A program made the position numbers and the translations under genes. The notes beneath the pieces were generated by a model. It was not told the DNA's origin, ran no database searches, and was given only the letters and a program-made list of their open reading frames with translations. This document shows positions 52,001 to 64,000 of a DNA stretch of 64,000 nt, piece by piece. The stretch comes from Octopus sinensis. Lineage: Eukaryota. The first letter of the stretch is position 1. The number at the start of each line of letters is the position of its first letter. The stretch spans positions 20,521,360 to 20,585,359 of the forward strand of contig NC_043019.1 in NCBI RefSeq assembly GCF_006345805.1, in the 5' to 3' direction.

Positions 52001-53719
52001 TTCCCAACTGAGTGGGAGTATATTTAAGAGTGGGGGGAGGTGGCTTTATGCCAGGTGTTGAAAGGCAGAAGTATGATAGAGGAACAAGCACAGGTGTGGC
52101 TTCAACACATTATAGTAGTTGGGAAGGAGATAAAGATGAAAGTGATGGAGTACCAGAGCAAACTCTCATCATCATCATTGTTTAACGTCCGTTTTCCGTG
52201 CTAGCATGGGTTGGACCGTTTGACCGGGGTGTGGATGATTTGGTCGCCAAAGCTACGTAAAAAGACATTTGCTCAAAGTGCTATGAAGTAGGATTGAACC
52301 TGAAACTAGATGGTTGCAAAGCAAATTTATTAACCATATAGCTATGCTTGCAACTAAAAATCCTAATCCTGCATAAGTGATTTATCTTTATTCTGATTGG
52401 TCGGCTTGTTTTTACTTTGATTGGATTCTAACATGGGATTTGCCAATTCCTGCTATATTGGGAATTTAGCTGAGAGTCATCATCATCATCATCATTGTTC
52501 TAATGTCCACTATTCCATGCTTACATGTGTACAAGGGAATTTATTGAGGTGCATTTTCTAAGACTGGACACCCTTCCTGTCACCAACTCTCACCTGTTTC
52601 CAAGTAAGCTTGGTAAATCTGCTGCCAAGACCCTTAAAATGCTTTGCCAAACTTTTGGTAAATATTCTTTTGGCTGAACACAAGTTTTTGAGTATTATGG
52701 TTATTTCAAGGCCAGTTGAAATGTTTAACCCTTTCGTTACCAACCCGGCTAAAACCGCCTCTGGCTCTGTAGTACAAATGTTTTGTTTTCATAAGTTTCC
52801 CCATGACCAGACTTATTTTTCATGAAAGATTGAATCAAAGAATACTGCTTGCATGATGGTGACACTTGCTTACACTCTCATAATATCAAGACAAGGAGAC
52901 AATAAACACAAACACACACATGTAACAGGCTTCTTTCAGCTTTCATCCACCAAATCCACTCTCAAGACTTTGGTCAACTTGGGGCTGTAGTAGAAGATAT
53001 TTGCCCAAGGTGTCATGCAATGGGGGAGGGGGACCCAGAACCATGTAATTGAGAAACAAACTTGTTACCAGACAATTACACCTGTCTCAAGCCTAAAATT
53101 CCAAGTAAACCAGGAATGTAGCTTGAATTTTTCATGTTATATTACCTCAGCTTCAATATAAGGGTATTCCTCATGCAGCCGCCGACCAACAATAGGCCAT
53201 CTTTTACCGGTCATCCCAGCCATTTTAGCCACTTTGTATGCCCTGTCTCCATATGTCCCTGCAAGATGTTGTGCAACCTATAAGGGAAACAAAAAATATA
53301 TAAAAAAACAAATGAGAAAGAAACAAACAACAAACTAAAAAAAGGGTAACAAAATACATTAGAATTTAAAATGAAATTAAAAAACTCAAATATTATCATC
53401 ACCACTTCCACCTGCTTCTTTTCAATATTTAGTTATATGATAATAATAATTCTTTCTACTTTAGCGACAAGACCCAAAATTTTGTGGCTAGTCAATTATG
53501 TCAACCTCAGTGATCAACAGGTACTTATTTTATTGATCCCAAAAAGATGAACGGCAAAGTCAACCTCGGCGGAATTTGAGTTCAGAACACAAAGATGGAT
53601 GGAATGTCGCTAAGCCCAGCGTGCTAACAATTTTGGCAGCTCACTGCCTAGTAATAATAAGGATAATAATAATAATGATAATGATGATGATGATAATAAT
53701 AATAATAATAATAATGATG

Positions 53720-53751
<32 letters not shown>

Positions 53752-56700
53752 AATAATAATAATAATAATAATGATAATAATAATAATAATAATAATGATG
53801 ATGATGATGATAATAAATCTTGGCACTAGGCCAGCAACTTCAGAGAGGGGAGCAAGTTGATCACATCGACCCCAGTACTCAAATGGTACTTATTTTATCG
53901 ATCCCGAAAAGATGAAGGGCAAAGTCAACCTCAGTGGAATTTGAACTCAGAACGTGAAGATGGACAAAATATTGCTAAGCATTTTGCCTGGGATGTTAAT
54001 GATTGTGCCAACTCACTGCCTTATATAATGATGATCATCATCATCATCGTTTAACGTCCGTTCTCCATGCTAGCATGGGTTGGACGGTTCGACCGGGGAT
54101 TTGGGAAGCCAGAAGGCTGCACCAGGCTCGTCTTATCTGGCAATGTTTCTACGGCTGGATGCCCTTCCTAATGCCAATGATAGTAACGATAATGTCTAGG
54201 ATTAAAATGATGAGCTGCAGCAAATATTCTGCTCAATACCACAGATTAGCTTGCTCCGTTGAGTATGTCGCTTAGTGGCTGACGATATGTGCATCTCCGA
54301 TCATGAGCAGTTGGGGAACATCATAGACACAGGCTGAGATGGATTCATTGGGGTTTGAATAATTTCCCTCTGCAACCGTGTTTCATTCAGGGACCTATTG
54401 AGCAGGACAGGCTGCTTGGCCTGAAGAAAATTCTAACTGGGCCCCACATGCAAGGTCATGCACTGTTTATCATGCACATATGGTTGTGATGCATGTGTCT
54501 AGTGTGCCCTTATCAGATGGATAGTCACTTTGGGTATATTGGGCTTCATATATTTGTATCCCAGTGTCACTTTGATGATATGCGCTGCTCTCTCATCATC
54601 ATCATCATTTAGCGTCCACTTTCCATGCTAGCATGGGTTGGACGGTTCAACTGGGGTCTGTGAAGCTGGAAGGTTTCGTCAGGCCCAGTCAGATCTGGCA
54701 GTGTTTCTACGGCTGGATGCCCTTCCTAACGCCAACCACTCCGTGAGTGTAGTGGGTGCTTTTTACGTGCCACCTGCACAGATAATAATGGTTTCTGATT
54801 TAGGTACAAGGCCAACAATTTTGGTGGGTAGACACACGGCTGTTCAAGCTACAAAAAAAAATAGCAACCAAATCTCCCTCAAATTCCATCTTACTCTCTT
54901 GGAAATGAAGCAACACATTGGATAATTTGATCTTAAATACACAATGTCCAAGAAGAACAGGATGGTCATGGCTTGAATACTTTTTACCATAGTTCTCATC
55001 GATCAAGGCTAACCTACCGAGGGCTAAACAACATCAAAAGTTTCACACAAAAAGAGAAAAAAATAAAAGAAGCTGTTTTAACATGAATTAAAACCTTACT
55101 TCATTTTCAAAGCCAAAGTCTTGTACAAGCCGGATAAACAAAGTTGGTGACCATTCGTGGGCGCCATCTAGCAGAAGACCCTTGGTCTGACAGGCCGGAA
55201 CTTTTGGTTTCAATCCACAAACCTTGACTGCTTTATCGATGGTTTCTTCAGCCATATGTCTGTAAGTGGTCCACTTTCCCCCTGTAGAAGTCAATGTTGT
55301 TGCCATTATATTCTTTATATAAATTGACACTTATGTTTTATTTCCTTCTTAAAGTAGAGTACATAACAAATATTAATGGAGATATATATTTCAACCACTG
55401 TGGTAAAGACCCCCTTCGGTCATGAATGACCATGGGATTGCACCTAGAAAGTTACCCTCCGAGGCACAAGTCCGGGCAAGGTTGTTTATGGAAGACCAGC
55501 AGTCGCCCATGCATACCAGCCTCCCCTTTCCATGCCACCAGTGTTATCCAAGGGAAAGGCAAAGGGGCCGATACAGCTTGGCACCAGTGACGTCGCAACT
55601 CATTTCTACAGCTGAGTGAACTGGAGCAACGTGAAATAAAGTGCCTTGCTCAAGAACACGACACGCAGCCCGGTCCGGGATTCGAGCTCACAACCGTAAG
55701 CTCAACGCTCTAACCATTGAGCCATTGTGGTATAGCTACAATAATAATATTACAGTGATACTAGAATTATGAATTATTATTTACATGGTAGATGAACACT
55801 AATGAAATAAATGCTAATGTTCAAAATAAGAAATGTTTATTGAACGAAATCTTTATAAAGCTGAAGTTGTCTGTGTATGGCAGGTTTGGTAGCTTTCAAC
55901 TAACACTATCTCCTCCGAGACCCTGCAGCGCAAGTTGACCAAAATTGAGAGTATGATAGAAGAAGGCTTGCTCTTCCTTCTGTAGAAGAAAAAATTCAAA
56001 TCGGACCATGTTAACCCTTTCGTTACTATATTTCTGACCAAAATACACCCCTCATGAGTTTCAATTAAATTCTAAAATAATCATGAATTTAGGCTTGTTT
56101 CATTAAATAGCTGCAACTTTTTTACTTATCAACATATTAATGTGATATTTGGAACATAATTAAAGAAAGGGTTCTTAATCAATTCTATTGCATAACTTTT
56201 GTCTCAAAGTGACTTTAATTACAGGTAAATCCAGGTAAATTGAGCAAAAGGTAAAAATATTAAAATTTTAAATTGAGCAAAAGGTAAAAATATTAAAATT
56301 CTAAATTGAGCAAAAGGTAAAAATACAAAAATTTTGTTTAACACCAAAAATTGTTTACATCAAAAAGGTGCCTTTTTTTCTATGAAAATCCCTATTCTTT
56401 ATGATTTTTTGACTGCTGTGTTGCGATTGTTTAGTGTATTTTAACCAGAAAAATGTTCACTTGAAGAGAATAACAAGCTACATAATGCAAAATTTTTACT
56501 TTTCAAAAATTCCAATTCTAAAGGGTCGAAAGTTGACCTTGGCAGAATTTGAACTCAGAATGTAAGCATTTTTCCCCGGCATGCCAGCTCACCACCTTCT
56601 TTATAATGTCAATAACAAAGTCTTTAAATAATTGATTGACAAGACTCGCAACTTACCAGCAATGGTGATCAGATTATCCTCAGACACTTCAATGATGTGG

Positions 56701-57052
56701 TTCCGAGCTAGGGATTGCGTGTCGCATTTGTTTGGGTCTCTGACTAGAGGACGGATGCCACTCCATGCTGACAAGACATCACCACGACGAACTGAAAATG
56801 GTACAGAAACATTTAAAGGAATTTAATAAGATTAAAATAACTTAAACAATAACTTAAAAACCATAACTTAAAAAATAACTTAGAAAAGGCGCAGGAGTGG
56901 CTGTGTGGTAAGTAGCTTGCTTACCAACCACATGGTTCCGGGTTCAGTCCCACTGCGTGGCACCTTGGGCAAGTGTCTTGTACTATAGCCTCGAGCCGAC
57001 CAAAGCCTTGTGAGTGGATTTGGTAGACGAAAACTGAAAGAAGCCCGTCGTA

Positions 57053-57124
<72 letters not shown>

Positions 57125-60100
57125 TGTCTGTGTTTGTCCCCCCAACATCGCTTGATAACCGATGCTGGTGTGTTTATGTCCCCGTAACTTAGCGGTTCGG
57201 CAAAAGAGACCGATAGAATAAGTACTAGGCTTACAAAGAATAAGTTCTGGGGTCAATGTGCTCGACTAAAGGCGGTGCTCCAGCATGGCCGCAGTCAAAT
57301 GACTGAAACAAGTAAAAGAGTAAAGAGTAATTATACACACTGGGTAGAGTGTAAAAATGGAACGTAGGACTTAAAATACCTTGTAAAAATACCCTATATT
57401 TCCACACTGTTGCTAGAATTATTTTAATGTCTATTTTCAAGTTGGCATGGGAGTATTGTTTTTGTTTCTTTTTTACAGCTTAGTCAGAGGGAAAAGGACA
57501 ACACCTACGACCATTTCGTATGGTAGGGGAAGTCCCTGATGGTAAAGAGAGAGGGTAAAGTATTACAACTTAAGGCGGCGAGCTGGCAGAAACGTTAGCA
57601 CGCTGGGCGAAATGCATAGCCGTATTTCGTCTGCCATTATGTTTTGAGTTCGAATTCCGCCGGGGTCAACTTTGCCTTTCATCCTTTCGGGGTCGATAAA
57701 TTAAGTACTAGTTGCGCACTGGGGTCGATGTAATCGACTTAATCCGTTTGTCTGTCCTTGTTTGTCCCCTCAGTGTTTAGCCCCTTGTGGGTAGTAAAGA
57801 AATAGGTATTTCGTCTGTCGTTACGTTCTGAGTTCAAATTCCGCTGGGGTCGACTTTGCCTTTCATCCTTTCGGGGTCGATAAATTAAGTACCAGTTGTG
57901 CACTGGGATCGATGTAATCGACTTAATCCGTTTGTCTGTCCTTGTTTGTCCCCTCAGTGTTTAGCCCCTTGTGGGTAGTAAAGAAATAGGTATTTCGTCT
58001 GCCGTTACGTTTTAAGTTCAAATTCAGCCGGGGTCGACTTTGCCTTTCATCCTTTCGGGGTCGATAAATTAAGTGCCAGTTGCGCACTGGGGTCGATGCA
58101 ATCGACTTATCCGTTTGTCTGTCCTTGTTTGTCCCCTCAGTGTTTAGCCCCTTGTGGGTAGTAAAGAAATAGGTATTTCGTCTGTCGTTACGTTCTGAGT
58201 TCAAATTCCGCTGGGGTCGACTTGCCTTTCATCCTTTCGGGGTCGATAAATTAAGTACCAGTTGTGCACTGGGATCGATGTAATCGACTTAATCCGTTTG
58301 TCTGTCCTTGTTTGTCCCCTCAGTGTTTAGCCCCTTGTGGGTAGTAAAGAAATAGGTATTTCGTCTGCCGTTACGTTTTAAGTTCAAATTCAGCCGGGGT
58401 CGACTTTGCCTTTCATCCTTTCGGGGTCGATAAATTAAGTGCCAGTTGCGCACTGGGGTCGATGCAATCGACTTAATCCGTTTGTCTGTCCTTGTTTGTC
58501 CCCTCAGTGTTTAGCCCCTTGTGGGTAGTAAAGAAATAGGTAAAGTATTACAGCTTAGGAGTTACTGCAGTAGGGAGCAACATCATATCAAGATGATGTT
58601 ATATAGAAAAGAATGGATGGATGGCGTGAGTAGATGAATAGATGGCTGGCTGGGCATGGAGGTGAATGGATAGGTCAATAAATGGTGAACTGGAGAGATG
58701 GATACTCTCTTTTACTTGTTTCAGTCATTTGACCGCGGTCATGCTGGAGCACCGCCTTTAATCGAGCAACTCGACCCCGGGACTTATTCTTTTGTAAGCC
58801 CAGTACTTATTCTATCGGTCTCTTTTGCCGAACCGCTAAGTAACAGGGACATAAACACACCAGCATCGGTTGTGAAGCAATGCTTGGGGGACAAACACAG
58901 ACACACAAACACACACATGGATGTATAATTAAATGAACAAATGGATGAACCAGTGGATGCAAAGATGAATAGAAAAGTTAGAGTGGGTGGATGAGGAGTG
59001 GGAAGGCTGCATGGATAAACAGACAGACTGATACAGACAACCATAGAAGATTCCTACATACCTCTGACATCAGGATTAAGATAATTCCTAATCTCTGTTA
59101 ATATAAATTGAATTTCCTTCTCAGTTGGTTGTGGAAAATCTGAAACCTCACATTCATTGTCCGTAGTACCTATAATATAAACAAAGAGAACACATTAGAT
59201 CTGTGGTACCTTTGATGTAAATACAGAACATATTAAATATGTGGTACCTATAACATAAACATATTGAACATGTTAGAATTGTAGTACATATCATGTAAAC
59301 ACAGAGAATGCATTAGACCTGTGGTACTTATAACAGTGTAACAAATTTTTATTTTCTTGTCTTCGGTTAGTAAGTGTTGTATTTCCTATTTGCTTCTATC
59401 TAGAAATCAAAGGAAATCACTACCATTCGCTTCAAACTTTGCTTTTGTAACCTGGACATCAACGTTTTGAAACTGACCTATTTTCCATTACATTTCAGAC
59501 GGATTCAGTGCTGAAGTTGTTGAAGCAAAAATATCTTTATAGCAAATATTCTGCTTATCGTGAGCAGGAATAGTTGGGGAGGATCATAGCCATGTGTTGA
59601 GAGGGATTCTTTGTGGTTTGAGTAAATGTAACAAAAGCAAAGTTTGAAGGAAATATTAGCTATTTTTCATACTTTCTAAAGGTAAGCAAATAGGAAACAA
59701 CAGTTGCTATCCAAAGACAAAAATCATGTTAGGTAGTGCCTTTTTAACTTTGGCACAAGGCCAGCAATTTTGAGGGGAGGGGGAGTCGATTACATTGACC
59801 CCCAGTGCTTTACTAGAACTCACTTTCTCAACCCCCAAAGGATGAAAGGCAAAGTTGATCTTGGGGAATTTGAATCCAGGACACAAAACCAGAAGAAATA
59901 CCTATTTCTTTATTACCCACGAGGGGCTAAACACAGAGAGGACAAACAAGGACAGACAAACGGATTAAGTCGACCCCAGTGCGTAACTGGTACTTTTTTA
60001 ATCAACCCCGAAAGGATGAAAAGCAAAGTCGACCTCGGCGGAATTTGAACTCAGAACATAGCGGCAGACGAAATACGGCTACGCATTTCGTCCGGCGTGC

Positions 60101-63036
60101 TAACGTTTCTGCCAGCTCACTGCCCTAAATACCTTTAATACCATTAAGCATTTTGTCTGAGATGCTAACTAACTATTCTGCCAGCTTGCCACTTTTGTGG
60201 TGCTCATGGTATAACCACAGAGAACACATTGGCTGTGCTACATGTAAAACTCACTGAACACATACTGAAGGCAAATGAGAAAAAGTTATGAACATTAGGC
60301 TGTATATTCTAAGTAGAGTTCAGATTTGGCATAGGATTGTTCTGGTGTAATGCAGAGTTGCTTTTGGTGGTGTTGTAGTAGTGTTTTGGAGTGGTGTGTA
60401 CTAGTAGTAATAACGTTCTAGTGTCTAGCAGTAAAGCTCTAGTCACTGGAGTGTTTTGTGGTGTAGTAATAGTGGTGGTGGTGGTGGTGGTAGTGATCCG
60501 GTGTATAGTAATAGGGTTTGGCTCATGATGACAGTGGTGATGATGATGATGATGATGATGATGATATTAAATTAGAAAAAGTAACACTGTACCTGCTAGA
60601 GTGACTTTCTGCCAAGGTAGAAAAAATATCACCCTTCCATCACTGGTTGATGGATCTAGTAAACCCATGTGAGAGGGGCTTGGAAAAAAAAAAGATTTAA
60701 ATAAAATTAAAACAAAAATTAGAGAGATTAAAAAGAAAATTCAAGAGGAGGTGGAGGAGGGGGAGGAGAACAAAAAAAGCGAGAGAAAAGGAGGAGAAGG
60801 AGGAGAAAGAAACCAGGCAAGAGAGAAAAATGAGAAGTGAAAGAGAGGGAGAAGAGGTGATAGTGACAGGAGACATAATAGTGAAATGGAAGGGAGAAAC
60901 AATGAGAATATAAGGTCAGTCATTTGAGAGAAAGAATAACAAACATTTTAGGGGTTTTTGTTGTTAAGTATTCATTACGGGGACATCTTTTCTATTTACT
61001 AATGCCTATATTTATAGGCGCAGGAGTGGCTGTGTGGTAAGTAGCTTGCCTACCAACCACATGGTTCTGGGTTCAGTCCCACTGCGTGGCATCTTGGGCA
61101 AGTGTCTTCTGCTATAGCCTTGGGCCGACCAAAGCCTTGTGAGGGGATTTGGTAGATGGAAACTGAAAGAAGCCCATCGTATATATGTATATATATATGT
61201 ATGTGTGTGTATATGTTTGTGTGTCTGTGTTTGTCTCCCTAGCATTGCTTGACAACCGATGCTGGTGTGTTTACGTCCCTGTCACTTAGCGGTTCGGCAA
61301 AAGAGACCGATAGAATAAGTACTGGGCTTACAAAGAATAAGTCCTGGGGTCGATTTGCTCGACTAAAGGCGGTGCTCCAGCATGGCCGCAGTCAAATGAC
61401 TGAAACAACTAAAAGAGTAAAGAGTAAAGAGAGCCTTACCAAATCACATTACCAATGCCTGTTTTACACTATCTTGCCAGGTCCAAATTACCAAACCTAC
61501 TTCTAAATCAACTTACTGACCCCAGAACACCTTATCTATCTTTATCCCCACAAAGTGTACTGGATACTTTTTATATGGCGCTTGTGAGGTCAACGTGTGA
61601 ATTGCAAGACGAGACACACAATGAAGGGAGTATAGGGGTGGCTTTATGAAATATGCCACATGACTGACCACACTATTGGATGTTGTTATATATCACTGCT
61701 TCACATTATTTTAGCTTTCAAATAATGCCACCCTGCTGGCTCGGCAAGTAGGACAATATCTCACCTGATCGGAAGGCTAATCTGTTGTAGGGTTATCCAT
61801 TTACAGCTGAGTGGACTGGAGCAATGTAAAATTAAGTGTTTTGATCAAGAACACAACATGTTCCTTGGCCCAGAATTTGAATCCATGATCTAGTGATCAG
61901 AAGTGCAACACCTTTAACCATTAGGCCATGTACCTTCACATTTTATAATACACACACACACACACATCATATCTTACCATAAATCCTTGAGTATAGTCTT
62001 TTTTTAGCTTTCAAATGATGCCACCCTGTTGGCTAGGCAAGCAGGACAATATCTCCCCTGATCGGAAGGCTAATCTGTTGTAGGGTTATCCATTTACAGC
62101 TGAGTGAACTGGAGCAATGTAAAATGAAGTGTTTTGATCAAGAACACAACATGTTGCTTGGCCCAGAATTTGAACCCATGATCTAGTGATCAGGAGTGCA
62201 ACACCCTTAACCATTAGGCCATGTACCTTCACATTTTATATACACACACACACACATCATATCTTACCGTAAATCCTCGAGTATAGTCTGCCCTTGAGTA
62301 TGATACACAGGGGATTTTTAGGGGGCTGTACTTCTGAAAAACCTAAACCTTGTGTATAATACGCACCTCTTCTCTAACTTGAGTCATGCGTAATTAAGCC
62401 AGCAGCACCTAGTCAAACAAATACTTCCGCACATGCGTAATACAATAATGGTGATGTTCTTAACTGTTATATGGGAATGTAAATATGTTTGCAAATTGTT
62501 TTTGTTACATGTTATTCTGTGTTCTGAATACTTTTATCTTAATAAATGTTGCTTACTGCAAGTTATGGATGATTCTTTTATGACTTCATTGCTTTCAGGC
62601 TTAGCTTAAGGTATTTTCGTGCCTGACATCACAAAATGCATCTGAATAAACATTGCCGGACAGCAAATAGAGACTCGGACATTGCTAAGAAAATATTTTT
62701 CATTTTTAACCTCGTATATAGTATGCACTAGGGATTTTGACCTTTAAATTTTGGGGGAAAAAGTGTGGATTATACTCGAGGATTTACAGTATATCACCTT
62801 CTCCTAATTCCTCGGCTCCTCTCTCTCTCATTCAATAACTGACAATATAAAAATGACTCCTACGACTGGAGTCAACTTCCTGAATATTCACCTGTAGTAG
62901 TCGGGTAAAATTATGTGAACTCCTGAGCTAGGTTTACAAATATTTTTGTTTGCTGCATTGGACATCATCCTGACTGAATCTGTGTAGGGTCCTGTTGCAT
63001 TGATGACACAGCGAGCTTTTACTGTCCATTCTTCTC
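32413..63036 (-). CDS. GPD2: Mitochondrial FAD-dependent glycerol-3-phosphate dehydrogenase, spliced and 5'-incomplete: complement(join of 62892-63036,60593-60678,59062-59169,56657-56791,55100-55281,53146-53277,51421-51579,49787-49972,34355-34453,32413-32523)
   Basis: In-frame GT-AG joins give [64 protein letters not shown], two EF-hand loops and C-terminal [10 protein letters not shown]. Confidence 0.97.
34355..34453 (-). CDS. GPD2: GPD2 exon with EF-hand 2 ([12 protein letters not shown])
   Basis: cacag| ... |gtaatt; 33 codons. Confidence 0.93.
35997..36031 (-). ncRNA. Minimal hammerhead ribozyme fold, U4C core variant
   Basis: GUUU-CCGACGA-A-GAGC-UCC-GCUC-GAAA-CG-UU-AAAC. Confidence 0.55.
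36630..38198. repeat. 1.57-kb compound (TA)n/(CA)n microsatellite
   Basis: Seen directly; source of the spurious 444-aa and 510-aa ORFs. Confidence 0.98.
39490..39600 (-). mobile_element. RTE-like LINE C-terminal fragment
   Basis: [33 protein letters not shown]. Confidence 0.7.
39832..45840 (+). mobile_element. Penelope-like (Naiad-type) retroelement with inverted partial copy, in the largest GPD2 intron
   Basis: RT relic at about 43000-44520 ([44 protein letters not shown]). 40190-41903 is an inverted copy of 44830-45840; 39832-40115 is an inverted copy of 42550-42840; hammerhead in the 3' repeat. Confidence 0.85.
45530..45657 (+). ncRNA. Hammerhead ribozyme fold with long stem-II insertion
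   Basis: CUGACGA-GGCCUA-[~90 nt]-UAGGCU-GAAA-CAGCUG-UA; palindromic stem III. Confidence 0.6.
47727..48147 (-). repeat. Dimeric MetaSINE-like SINE
   Basis: Two units with the same internal junction as the other arrays; 16-bp TSD TAATAAATGATAATCC. Confidence 0.88.
49787..49972 (-). CDS. GPD2: GPD2 exon with EF-hand 1 ([12 protein letters not shown])
   Basis: tgcag| ... |gtaatt; 62 codons. Confidence 0.95.
51421..51579 (-). CDS. GPD2: GPD2 exon (VRYAVREYA...ARRTRLSF...[10 protein letters not shown])
   Basis: tgtag| ... |gtgagt; 53 codons. Confidence 0.95.
53146..53277 (-). CDS. GPD2: GPD2 exon ([13 protein letters not shown]...YPYIEAE)
   Basis: tatag| ... |gtaata; 44 codons. Confidence 0.95.
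55100..55281 (-). CDS. GPD2: GPD2 exon ([15 protein letters not shown]...QDFGFENE)
   Basis: tacag| ... |gtaagg. Confidence 0.95.
55405..55724 (-). mobile_element. tRNA-derived SINE with CORE-like domain
   Basis: - strand tggctcaatggttagagcg head, gtgttcttgagcaaggcac; tgtggta on both flanks. Confidence 0.7.
56657..56791 (-). CDS. GPD2: GPD2 exon ([15 protein letters not shown]...NLITIA)
   Basis: ttcag| ... |gtaagt. Confidence 0.95.
57574..58539 (+). repeat. Tandem array (5 x ~182 bp) of the MetaSINE-like SINE
   Basis: One head then repeated bodies; ~20-bp flanking duplication GTAAAGTATTACA(A/G)CTTA. Confidence 0.92.
59062..59169 (-). CDS. GPD2: GPD2 exon (GTTDNECEV...NYLNPDVR)
   Basis: tatag| ... 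|gtatgt. Confidence 0.95.
59340..59730. mobile_element. Old MITE with long (~110 bp) imperfect TIRs
   Basis: tttcctatttgctt / aagcaaataggaaa and cttcaaactttgcttttgt / acaaaagcaaagtttgaag. Confidence 0.65.
60593..60678 (-). CDS. GPD2: GPD2 exon ([28 protein letters not shown])
   Basis: ccaag| ... |gtacag. Confidence 0.95.
61708..62289. repeat. Tandem duplication of ~290 bp (SINE relic plus the first ~25 bp of the adjacent MITE)
   Basis: 61708-61999 matches 62002-62289. Confidence 0.9.
62267..62789. mobile_element. Tc1/pogo-type non-autonomous DNA transposon
   Basis: TA-CCGTAAATCCTCGAGTATA...TATACTCGAGGATTTACAG-TA. Confidence 0.85.
62892..63036 (-). CDS. GPD2: GPD2 exon ([19 protein letters not shown]...VHIILPDYY)
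   Basis: ttcag| ... |gtgaat on - strand. Confidence 0.95.
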
Positions 63037-64000
63037 CTGAAGTATCAAATAACAACAAACAGGAACACAAAAATTTAATATACTTAAAGATGACAATGAC
63101 AGAGTCATGTTTATATATCACTTTATACACACATTTCATGGAGGATATACAATGTGTCCATATGACGGATCATCTGTCACTTAATTTCGACAATATGCAT
63201 TTCTTGTAATTTTGACAATTAACCCTTTAGTATTTAAACCAGCCATATCCGGCCAAAATAGCTAATCTGTTTTATGTTCAAACTGACCAGATCCAGGCTA
63301 TCACACCTACCCTACAATGTTATTCTATATTAAGTAATTACACCATCAAGATCTTGAAGATATGGGATAATGTATAATTAATGTGAATCAATAAGCATTA
63401 TGTTTGATAGAATAATCAGAACACTAAAGGGTTAATGTTCAGATGTTTGACCAATTGAATTATCTGCTCATCAAATTAACAGAAACGTGGCTGAGTATTC
63501 AGCAGACTTGTAGCTTTAACCCTTATGAATTCATTAAAATAACTGTCATTACTGTTGTGCTGGTGTTTGGAACATAAATTAGCAGGAAAATTTTGATGGA
63601 AGAAGGTTTTAACTTATTTCACATTAAAACAAAAATTTATATTGACTGATAGAGTCACACAATAGTCCTTTTGTTACCATATTCCTGTTGAAATCCACAG
63701 CCTTTGTTTCACTTAATTGTTCCTAACCTTCAACTGTTTTCTCAGTCAGATATTCTTTTGTTCCACAAGTCTTTGAAAATACAGAGCTAGAGGATATTTT
63801 CTTGACATAGCATCACCTATTTTGTTTTTGCTTTTGCTCAATGCTTTCATGCAAAGATGCAGAATGTAAACATCCATGTGCACACACACACACACACACA
63901 AGTATATATGTATGGTTGTGTATTAAGGAGCTTACTTCCCAACCACATGGTTTTGGGTTCAGTCCCACTACATGGAGTCTTGGACAAGGTGTCTTCTAAA

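Noticed and set aside
56232-56325. Three ~31-bp tandem repeats
   Set aside because: Simple slippage within a TTAA-type element; no spacers
56888-56965. tRNA gene
   Set aside because: A/B-box-like SINE head that continues into the SINE body; no complete cloverleaf seen

Overview
AT-rich, repeat-dense animal genomic DNA; the SINE and microsatellite landscape suggests an octopus or other coleoid cephalopod (inference). Two convergent intron-rich genes were reconstructed by hand with frame-consistent GT-AG junctions. On the + strand is the 3' part of a USP44/USP49-like deubiquitinase (11 exons, 6015-23990; intact Cys/His/Asn-Asp boxes; ZnF-UBP exons not seen). On the - strand is the 3' part of mitochondrial glycerol-3-phosphate dehydrogenase GPD2 (10 exons, 63036-32413, with C-terminal EF-hands). 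Introns and the intergenic gap hold tRNA-derived SINEs (some as TSD-flanked concatemers), LINE relics, two mellifera-like mariners, MITEs, non-autonomous Helitrons, two Naiad-type Penelope-like relics and long microsatellites. The most notable unannotated layer is RNA structure: several hammerhead ribozyme folds, an HDV-like ribozyme fold at a LINE 5' end, and many 140-220 bp fold-back hairpins, two centred on the same retroelement tail. Most ORFs in the supplied track are repeat-derived noise. All calls are by eye; no searches or folding programs were run.
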